Source of the DNA: a virus
DNA: 64,000 nt
Virus record (IMG/VR): IMGVR_UViG_3300035698_017497
Location: 32,001-96,000 of that record
Direction: 5' to 3' (one strand)
The position numbers were made by a program, and so were the translations under genes. Below the pieces are notes generated by a model. That model was not told where the DNA came from. It ran no database searches and saw only the letters and a list, made by a program, of their open reading frames with translations. Shown here one piece after another: positions 17,422 through 25,104 of the stretch (position 1 is the stretch's first letter; each line of letters opens with the position of its first letter).

Positions 17422-17677
17422 TAATTATGATTCAGTTTGTTTATGGACATATCATATCCTCAGGTTGTGAGGTACGCTGGTCCGGATCCCTGTAGTGTAT
17501 CTATCTACATATAGATTCAAGAAAGTTAGGATCATAACGCGTAGATTAAGCGCGTGATGATCCTCTTTCATGAAACGTAAGTGATCCGGAAGGAGCCTCC
17601 GACAACCCATATGAGATGCCTGCGTTAACTAAGCAACATATAAGAGAAACTCTTACATATAAAACTATTCATAATTA
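17422..17677 (-). ncRNA. Array unit 10
   Basis: Terminal IR TAATTATGA/TCATAATTA; rod 17452-17614 (TCCGGATC/GATCCGGA, AGGATCAT/ATGATCCT); short hairpin TAAGAG-AAA-CTCTTA 17641-17655. Confidence 0.7.
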
Positions 17678-17689
17678 TTTTCTATACAT

Positions 17690-17726
17690 AAAAGATGGCG
17701 ATTGTATTTTAATCCAACCGCCATCG
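17690..17726 (-). terminator. Hairpin downstream of nrdJ (possibly leaky terminator or leader of the array transcript)
   Basis: Minus strand GATGGCGGTTG...CAATCGCCATC followed by only TTTTAT. Confidence 0.55.
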
Positions 17727-17781
17727 CTTAAATATCTATTCACTATTATTATCTCTTTTTTTTACAATGAAATAACAACAA

Positions 17782-20433
17782 TCAACCGCATCCGCCTGTA
17801 GACTCCTCGCAGCTTGGGCAGTACTCGCATTTTCCAGTACGTATCAGCATGGTCCCACATGCTGGACACATATTCCCAGAATATGTAGTTCCAACCTTAT
17901 CATTAATAGGCTCTTTCTCAACCCTGGTACCATTGCTGTGTACAGGCTTATTGATTAGTCCCATTTCATAAAGCTTCTCCTCAGAGTATATCGTGTGAGC
18001 AATTTTCCTCACGACAAATGCAGGAAGGCTAGGTGCAGATCTGACATCCTCGTCATCAGTGAATCCCTGCGGATCAAATTTCATGAACGCAAAGTCATTG
18101 ATGAGCTTATCGATAGGAACTCCGTATTGAAGACAGTACGAAAACATTCTTGCAATAGTGTCAAGCAGTCCGCTAATGGTAGACCCAAACTTGTCAAGAG
18201 AGATCCATAGCTCGCATAGATCGCGCTTTCCGTTTTTATCCGGATCATAGTACCCTAAGTGTATCCAGCCCTTAACCCCATTAAGTTTGAAGGCAAGACG
18301 CTCAGTGTAACACTTCTTCGGAACATTACGCCTTTGTCCTCTTAGTAATGTTCCCGGGATTATACTTGACGCTTCTTCAACAAGTTTTTTAGTCTTCTCA
18401 TCAACCTTGTTTAGAACCTGAATACCCTTACATCCGTCACGGTAAACAGTGACTCCCTTCAGTCCACTTTCCCATGCAGAGATATACACTGTGGATATAT
18501 CTTCAACGGTAGCCTCGTTAGGCAAGTTGAATGTTTTCGATATAGCTCCACTGATATATTTCTGAGCAGATACAGTAACATTCATATGATCTTCCCACGA
18601 TAAACAATATTTCCCTACCGCAGTACGAAATAGATCAGCTGAATTTCCAGGCATTTTATCAAGAAAGTTATCAATGTCACGACCAAGTGAATACTGCTCG
18701 TCTCTTTCCCATCCAGCGTCTCTCAAAGCTTCTTGATATGTCTCTGGTATAAGATATTCGCCTCCACCGCCAACAAGTTTCTTGAAAGATATTGGCATAA
18801 AGTAAGGCTCAATACTTGGAGAGTCAGCACCCATTGCAAATGAGGTAGTGCCGGTAGGTGCTATCAATGTAACCTGGGCGTTTCTGTATCTTATACCTCT
18901 AGAATGTGTAAGAGTATCTTTCAGCTCATTGACAAAATCGATACACTCTTCGATATTGTACATTCCAATACCAAGGACTTCATCGTAGGCAATCTCGCAT
19001 GTCTCATTAAAATTAACAGAGTGAAACGTTATCTGCTTCTTAACTTCCTTTATGACACCTTTTGATAAATTAGTCCCAACTCTTTTTGCTAGAATCGAAC
19101 TCATATCATATGCAGAGAACGTTATAGTAGACATGATTATTTCTGTCAAAACACAGCTAGCAAGAGATCCGTAAGGCATTCCAAGCTTGATAAATACATT
19201 TGCAAGATTGGCTATCCCAAGACCAAGGCTTCTATACTTAGCAGCATTCTCACGAAATCTTGGGTCTGGGTAAGATGCATGATCGCAAATTAAATCCATT
19301 GCGATGGTCATAATCTTTGCATCGCTACTCAATAGCTGCACATTAATCTTTCCATCTTTAAGATACTTTGCCAGATTATGAGCTGCAAGGTTACAACTAA
19401 ACCATGGTGGAGCAGTATACTCGCCACATGGATTAGTGGATTCGATAATTAGCCCATCAGCCTTCATAGGATTGTGCATATTCATAGTATCTCTAAACTG
19501 TATTCCAGGATCCCCACACTCCCATGCAGCTTTAGCAATTTCTTTCATTAATGATTTTGCGTCATATGTATGGATTTTTTTTCCGAACCTGTCGTAAGTG
19601 TAGGTTTTTCCACCATCAACAACTGCGCCCATGAAATCGTCACCAACCATAACGCTATTATTAGCATTTTGAAATTGAAGTTTTGAGAAGACTCCAGTGT
19701 CCATATCATTGCTAAATCCAGACTTAAGAAGAGCTTTCCCTTTAAGCTCCTCTTCTACTTTACAAGTGATAAATCCAGCAGATCCATTTTTCTGAACTAA
19801 GATATCCGGATGCTCAACGTTAAGCGCACGTATAGCAGCAGCTCGCCTTGTTGTGCCTCCAGATTTAGTCGCGCTAGATACTCCATCGAATGCTCCGATA
19901 AATGGTATTGGACCAGAAGAGAATCCTCCACCTGACAACGTGTCGTAAGAAGACCGAAGCTTCATATTACATCCAGCTCCAGATCCACCCTTGTAAATCA
20001 TTCCCTCAATTTTCATATTGTCAAGTATTCCATCCATAGTATCTTCGATACCTAAAATGAAACATGCGCTACACTGAGGATCGTCAACCACACCCATATT
20101 AAATAGCACCGGGCTATTAAATTGAGCTCTCTGATTCACAAGTATCTCAGTTAGTGTGCGAGCGTATTCGTTTGCAGCTGATGGAGATGTGAAATATCCT
20201 TCGTGCTCTTTTCCCCAACCAGTAATAGTAGTCACGATTCTCTGAACTATACTCTTGAATGATGTTTCCCTTACTCCATTAACCTTTCTTAGGTATTTAT
20301 CAGCAACTATAGATATTGAAGTGTAATCCCACCCGGCTGGAAACTCTGCTACAAACTCTTCTCCCTGAACTTTTACATGGTATCCTCTCCATTCAATTGC
20401 AGAAAACACTTTAGTAAATATTTTTTCGTACAC
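17782..20433 (-). CDS. nrdJ: Class II (adenosylcobalamin-dependent) ribonucleotide reductase with TSCPD-like domain and C-terminal zinc ribbon
   Basis: FNSP, QCSACF, SGGTTRRAA, TNPCGE, CNLA, TLIAPTGT, GAISKTFNLP, KGVTVYRDG, CPAC..CPSC..GGCG; GTG start with GGAGG. Confidence 0.93.
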   Translation of the reverse strand: MYEKIFTKVFSAIEWRGYHVKVQGEEFVAEFPAGWDYTSISIVADKYLRKVNGVRETSFKSIVQRIVTTITGWGKEHEGYFTSPSAANEYARTLTEILVNQRAQFNSPVLFNMGVVDDPQCSACFILGIEDTMDGILDNMKIEGMIYKGGSGAGCNMKLRSSYDTLSGGGFSSGPIPFIGAFDGVSSATKSGGTTRRAAAIRALNVEHPDILVQKNGSAGFITCKVEEELKGKALLKSGFSNDMDTGVFSKLQFQNANNSVMVGDDFMGAVVDGGKTYTYDRFGKKIHTYDAKSLMKEIAKAAWECGDPGIQFRDTMNMHNPMKADGLIIESTNPCGEYTAPPWFSCNLAAHNLAKYLKDGKINVQLLSSDAKIMTIAMDLICDHASYPDPRFRENAAKYRSLGLGIANLANVFIKLGMPYGSLASCVLTEIIMSTITFSAYDMSSILAKRVGTNLSKGVIKEVKKQITFHSVNFNETCEIAYDEVLGIGMYNIEECIDFVNELKDTLTHSRGIRYRNAQVTLIAPTGTTSFAMGADSPSIEPYFMPISFKKLVGGGGEYLIPETYQEALRDAGWERDEQYSLGRDIDNFLDKMPGNSADLFRTAVGKYCLSWEDHMNVTVSAQKYISGAISKTFNLPNEATVEDISTVYISAWESGLKGVTVYRDGCKGIQVLNKVDEKTKKLVEEASSIIPGTLLRGQRRNVPKKCYTERLAFKLNGVKGWIHLGYYDPDKNGKRDLCELWISLDKFGSTISGLLDTIARMFSYCLQYGVPIDKLINDFAFMKFDPQGFTDDEDVRSAPSLPAFVVRKIAHTIYSEEKLYEMGLINKPVHSNGTRVEKEPINDKVGTTYSGNMCPACGTMLIRTGKCEYCPSCEESTGGCG

Positions 20434-20640
20434 TATAAAGCCTCCGTTTGGTTTTATTTAAAAAAGAAGTTAATTATTTTTTTTTCATCAGATTACTTAA
20501 TATTGTTATTGGGGCTTGCGCTGTAAGAAATGCTTCCGGATTCTCTTACAGTAGTAGCTGCTTACTTATAGCTTAAAAAGGAAGACGAAGCGTCTACCAT
20601 TATACTAACATATGTAGTATAGTTTATGTAATCTGTAAGA

Positions 20641-20868
20641 TCAATCTTGATTTTTGGATTGTTCTGAAGTATCTATTTTTGTGTCACTAAATTGTAGAAT
20701 TTTTTCATCTTTAATATATTCGAATAATGCTATAATGGTAATGTCAGCATCTTTACTATTAACATTCTCATCTTTCTTATTACTGCCAAATATCTTACTA
20801 AAATTATCACGATATTTACCAGATACATGAAGTGTTATATCTTGTCCCTTGCCAGCTTCACCTGCCAT
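20641..20868 (-). CDS. Hypothetical protein
   Basis: GGAGG RBS, 75 aa. Confidence 0.65.
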   Translation of the reverse strand: MAGEAGKGQDITLHVSGKYRDNFSKIFGSNKKDENVNSKDADITIIALFEYIKDEKILQFSDTKIDTSEQSKNQD

Positions 20869-20884
20869 AATTACCTCCTAGTAT

Positions 20885-20943
20885 AAAAAAACCCGAACGG
20901 GTATAATGCATCCGGCTATCCATCGAAACGCACCCGTTCGGGT
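20885..20943 (-). terminator. Terminator-like inverted repeat with large loop
   Basis: ACCCGAACGGGT (20891-20902)/ACCCGTTCGGGT (20932-20943), then a T run on the minus strand. Confidence 0.6.
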
Positions 20944-20965
20944 ATATATTTAAAGTTGAAGACAT

Positions 20966-21331
20966 CTATTCTTTAGATATTAATTTCTCAACTTTTTCCT
21001 GTAGCACTTCTATTAGCTCGGGTATTGTAAGGATAACAATTGGGTTTTCGGTTTTGATATAGACATTGTATTCCAGATTGAGAAGATTGTCTTTATCGAT
21101 AATGCCGATCTCAACTGTTCCGCTGGCGAATTCATCTTTAAGAATTTCTCTTAGAAGCGAATACAACTCATCGTCTTTAACCTTATCACTTGTAAAGTGC
21201 ACCTCTCCGGTTTCGACCTGATCTCTCCATACCTGTCTACCAATGACATCCTCAAGAGACACGCTATGGTATGTAATACCAGGTCTACGTAGAGCATGCG
21301 TAACTACCCGTTTTGCGTTATCCGTGTTCAA
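20966..21331 (-). CDS. Hypothetical protein
   Basis: TTG start with GGAGG RBS, 121 aa. Confidence 0.7.
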   Translation of the reverse strand: MNTDNAKRVVTHALRRPGITYHSVSLEDVIGRQVWRDQVETGEVHFTSDKVKDDELYSLLREILKDEFASGTVEIGIIDKDNLLNLEYNVYIKTENPIVILTIPELIEVLQEKVEKLISKE

Positions 21332-21345
21332 TTCAATACCTCCAG

Positions 21346-21543
21346 TTAAAAGAATAATTCCGACAATTCATCATCAACACCAGACCCATAATAATAATCA
21401 TTAGGTTCTTCATCAAGCTCGCTGTCTATTTGCCCATTTCTGTTTCCTACATCGGCATCACAGAAAGAATCATATGCAGCATTCGAACTCGCTGATTCTA
21501 TAGATTCATCCTCGTTATATTGAGTATAGGTATCTAGTGCCAT
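21346..21543 (-). CDS. Small highly acidic hypothetical protein
   Basis: 65 aa, D/E-rich, packed between neighbouring genes. Confidence 0.6.
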   Translation of the reverse strand: MALDTYTQYNEDESIESASSNAAYDSFCDADVGNRNGQIDSELDEEPNDYYYGSGVDDELSELFF

Positions 21544-21546
21544 TTT

Positions 21547-22275
21547 TTATATCCATTCCCCATTACTATAAACGCACATTTCCTGTTCGCCAATAGCTAT
21601 TCCAGGTTTTCCTGAAACTATGGGACTTGTGATCCATTCACCATTCTCTGCCAACGCAAGGTAAGAATTGCCACTAAGACTAGCCTTCGCCAATTCAAGT
21701 GTTGGGAACGAGTGCTTAACTTTGAACTCTCTACCGTTCTTCGATATAGAGAATCCATACAGTTCATACTTAGACTTCGTAGACCCAGGGCGATATCCAT
21801 TTGATTTACCACCTGGCACTGATGGGTTTTGTTTTCTCTCACTCGACACTGGAACAGGAGGCACGACGCCGCCAGCAAAACTTTTATTGTCATCAACATC
21901 AGACACAGATACTTCTGAGACTTTTCTCTCGCCGACTATTACCGGTGACCCTATAGGTTTTACTACCTCTAGGCCAAATTCGTTTTTGGAATATTCTTCT
22001 TCTGCGATAACGTCTGAATTCTCAGCCTCTGCAGGTTCTAGTGACGGTGACTGATTAGAATTGTTACCATACTCAACAGCGTACTCAGGTAGCATACCTG
22101 ACGCTGTATTATCTTCACTAAGTTGAATATCATTATCTTCAGTCAAGTCTACTTCTGCGTAGCTTTCAAGTTCTGATGCGTGATCTATAGCCTCAGACAC
22201 ATCGACTATGTCGTCTGATACAGAGGCCACTACTTGGGTTTCTGGCTTTTTCAATTCAGGCATTATCATCTCCAT
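21547..22275 (-). CDS. Hypothetical protein with acidic disordered N-terminus
   Basis: 242-aa ORF in the minus-strand operon. Confidence 0.7.
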   Translation of the reverse strand: MEMIMPELKKPETQVVASVSDDIVDVSEAIDHASELESYAEVDLTEDNDIQLSEDNTASGMLPEYAVEYGNNSNQSPSLEPAEAENSDVIAEEEYSKNEFGLEVVKPIGSPVIVGERKVSEVSVSDVDDNKSFAGGVVPPVPVSSERKQNPSVPGGKSNGYRPGSTKSKYELYGFSISKNGREFKVKHSFPTLELAKASLSGNSYLALAENGEWITSPIVSGKPGIAIGEQEMCVYSNGEWI

Positions 22276-22348
22276 ATAGGTTTAAATTTTCCGTTGTAAA
22301 TAATATATCTAATTGTATTATGTGATACAATGTTTATGCAATTTTTTT

Positions 22349-22915
22349 TTAAATTACAAAATCGTACAATTCTCCATATTTAAATATAAATTCCTTGGCA
22401 GTGATCTCGTCATCGAAAATAACTACATTGTGATTGTCTAAAGTTTTCACATTACAACCGATGCCTTTATTATCTTTAGTCAGTATCATTGCTGCGTTTT
22501 TAACCATCCAATTATACGCTTCGCTATAAGCGTCATTTGAAGATGATTCTCTGAAATCAGATCTCGGGCTACATAAAAAGCTTACACTTCCGTCATCACC
22601 ATTAACGTCTGGATCGTTTTTTATATATTTACTAAGATCTATATCTTCAACTTCGGTGTGATTGATGGTACTGCCACAATCTTCATCGGTAGAAGATTCT
22701 CTAATAGCTATACCAGCATTGGCATGCATTACAGCTTCGCGAATCTTTTCTAAAACTACCAGCTTCTCCGAGCAATTTGGCATCAGCGGAAATACTGTTT
22801 TTGCAAATTCAAGCCCAGCATTCCTTATTTCAGAATACCGGTACACCTGGTCGCCAACTGGCGCATGGTATGAAAATATGTTCTTGATCTCGTCTTCATC
22901 GTATTCGTATTGCAT
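22349..22915 (-). CDS. Acb2/Tad1-like hairpin-domain protein (putative immune-signal sponge) with extra C-terminal domain
   Basis: N-terminal F.YH.P...Q..RY..IR.....FA......P...EK.....K..EAVM.ANA.IA pattern recognised by eye; AGGAG RBS. Confidence 0.55.
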   Translation of the reverse strand: MQYEYDEDEIKNIFSYHAPVGDQVYRYSEIRNAGLEFAKTVFPLMPNCSEKLVVLEKIREAVMHANAGIAIRESSTDEDCGSTINHTEVEDIDLSKYIKNDPDVNGDDGSVSFLCSPRSDFRESSSNDAYSEAYNWMVKNAAMILTKDNKGIGCNVKTLDNHNVVIFDDEITAKEFIFKYGELYDFVI

Positions 22916-22928
22916 AATTCTTCTCCTA

Positions 22929-23306
22929 TTATAGAATAGCGTTAATGTTGCCGGTGCTGAACGTTAATTTGTTTAATTCAATATTAATAGTTCTCTTTAT
23001 GCCTTCATCAAGTGATTTAGAGCATTCTTCCAAATGTATACATTCTGAATTTTCACATACCCATTCTTCACCTCTGAAACAGATATTATTTGATTCCGTT
23101 TTTTCCTGAAGACCACAATAATCTTTGAAATTATATGTGCATGTTTTACACGATCCTATCATTTTATCGGAACATATCTTGCACGGTAAATTGCAATAAT
23201 TTTTAATTATCCAATTATCAAGTACCAATCCGTACATCATACTTACAGTAAACACGTAAATAGTACATATCGACACTACCACAATTATGCCTGTAACTAT
23301 ACCCAT
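22929..23306 (-). CDS. Cys-rich membrane-anchored hypothetical protein
   Basis: N-terminal hydrophobic helix, CxxC pairs; AAGG/GGAG upstream. Confidence 0.6.
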   Translation of the reverse strand: MGIVTGIIVVVSICTIYVFTVSMMYGLVLDNWIIKNYCNLPCKICSDKMIGSCKTCTYNFKDYCGLQEKTESNNICFRGEEWVCENSECIHLEECSKSLDEGIKRTINIELNKLTFSTGNINAIL

Positions 23307-24297
23307 ACCTTACTCCATTCTGATTATTCTGTAATTAATAAATAGCTATCTGCTTAATACATCACACAATTCTTTTTAAGAAAATCGATCATACTATTAA
23401 TCGCACGGTATGCTAGCGTGCCACCTACGTGTAGGTTATTATGCCTTTTCTCGATTTAATCTAGTTAATTTTTCATAATATAATCCTTGGTAGAAAATTT
23501 GAAATTGCGAACTTTACATAAAATATAGTTAATGCTTGCATTATTATTATTCCAGTTTAAGCGGTTAAATAGCAAAAAATCTATTTAACATTACTTAACA
23601 TTTCTTAACGTGTTACTTTAAGTGACCTATGTATATCGTTTTACTGTATAGGCTTACAACTTTTTTATCTTCTATTTAAGCGCTTAAATTTAAAGTATCG
23701 GTTTAGGTGAGACACTCTACATCGTTATAAATCAAAGAGTTAATGCACATTTTCATGGCAACTAAAGCTACACTTTAACCGAACGCTAATACCGCCTTTG
23801 AGATCAACGACTTAACTCGTATGGCAAGGTTATTGCTAAAAACTTCATATATTCTTCTTTATTTATATAATATATAATATATATAAGTATATACTATTAC
23901 TATATATAGAGAGGTTGGTTGATGTTAGTGTGTTGCTCATTATTGTGTTTTACTGTGGACAAAATGCATGACTTTTACTTTTTGAGTTTGAAAAAATAAA
24001 AGTTAAAAAAAAGAGAAGGCTTTTTTCTTCTACAGTAAGGGGGCCCTGTTTTGGAGTGTTAACTTCCAAATGACCACACTCAAGTATGATAACACATTGA
24101 TTAAAAGAAAGTTACATGGAGCGAACTATAGTAAAGTGGTATATAGCTCCACTCTACTGCTGTAATATTGATATGGTTTAATCATATCACTATTATTATA
24201 TCATAAACTATACTGTAATAACATTAAATAAATTTGACATATAATATATGCCACGATTATTTTATAGCCATAGTAATCATTTAAAGAAAGGGTCAGT

Positions 24298-25062
24298 ATG
24301 CCGATGTTCGAATTGGACGAGAGTATGGATGAGGTGAGTAAGGTTAAGGATATCAACACATCAAGAGAGAAGATTGATTTCGTGCCACCGTCACAAGGTG
24401 CACCAAGATCACCTATTAAAATAAAACCAAAAGGTCCAGTGTCTATTGAAGAACAGGAAGATTTAGCATCAAAAGTTAATAGCGCATTCCAGTCATCATC
24501 AAAGAGTGACACCGAAATGCTCATAGAAGATGTGCAGCTCACAGAGTTCGAGCAAAGCGTTGTAGAGCAGATTCTGTTCGAGGGTTACGCTGAGTATGAT
24601 ATTGACTTAGGATGGAAGGGACGTAAGGTAACGGCCGTCACAGTGACACCTGCAGACTTTGAGCTTGGTGAGCATATGATCAGAAAGTACCTTGAGTCTA
24701 AAAAGGACGAGTCAGGCGAGTATCAAGTATCCGAATCGCTACTATCTTCTAGGAGAAATATATATAATTTTGCATTGTCAATTGTCGGTCTTGATGGCAA
24801 AGACTTATCAGATGTGAGGGGCTATCAATTAAAAGTCCTCAAAGCAGCATTTAAAAAGGCTGAGACATTTCTGGATGATGGCGAAATTGAGAAGTACGAT
24901 AATATTATGAAGTCAATAGAAGCTGGAGTTAACTTTAGGTCAAGATACATTCGTCAAGAATGGAGTACTATACTCACAGATCTTATCACATTAAAAAAAG
25001 GTGAATTTGAAGACAGGGTGTACAATGCACTCAGAAGAGAGGGCGCCATCCCAAAATCCTAA
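24298..25062 (+). CDS. Tail assembly chaperone (gpG-like)
   Basis: Upstream of tape measure; ends in slippery C CCA AAA just before the stop. Confidence 0.6.
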   Translation: MPMFELDESMDEVSKVKDINTSREKIDFVPPSQGAPRSPIKIKPKGPVSIEEQEDLASKVNSAFQSSSKSDTEMLIEDVQLTEFEQSVVEQILFEGYAEYDIDLGWKGRKVTAVTVTPADFELGEHMIRKYLESKKDESGEYQVSESLLSSRRNIYNFALSIVGLDGKDLSDVRGYQLKVLKAAFKKAETFLDDGEIEKYDNIMKSIEAGVNFRSRYIRQEWSTILTDLITLKKGEFEDRVYNALRREGAIPKS

Positions 25063-25104
25063 CCCTGGCAGACAACATTGCTCGCATGGAGCTACTTGCC
25101 AGGG
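25050..25104 (+). other. Programmed -1 ribosomal frameshift signal
   Basis: Heptamer CCCAAAA 25050-25056, 6-nt spacer, stem CCCTGGCA (25063-25070)/TGCCAGGG (25097-25104); -1 frame is open into ORF 25086-25370. Confidence 0.75.

Larger units (their letters stand above)
15618..17677 (-). repeat. Array of ten structurally repeated non-coding units (retron msr/msd-like architecture)
   Basis: No credible ORF for 2.1 kb. Ten short G-(A/T)AN-C triloop hairpins each follow a long unique imperfect hairpin. Units 2-10 are enclosed by unit-specific inverted repeats. Confidence 0.9.

Noticed and set aside
16172-17431. A sigma-70 promoter (TATGAT/TATAAT -10) at the start of each unit on the + strand
   Set aside because: No consistently spaced -35; the hexamer is better explained as part of the covarying terminal inverted repeat, though not fully excluded
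15618-17677. CRISPR array interpretation of the repeated AAGAGAAGCTCTT hairpins
   Set aside because: Repeats are not identical, the period is 110-260 nt and irregular, the intervening sequences are self-complementary rods, and no cas genes are present
15618-17677. tRNA cluster or series of Rho-independent terminators
   Set aside because: No cloverleaf or T-loop consensus; most hairpins lack U tracts and are far too long and regularly organised
15493-17801. Tracked + strand ORFs 15493-15690 and 17616-17801
   Set aside because: No RBS, atypical composition, and overlap with structured non-coding elements
20602-20620. NrdR box upstream of nrdJ
   Set aside because: ATACTAACATATGTAGTAT is only a loose palindrome with a poor match to the consensus
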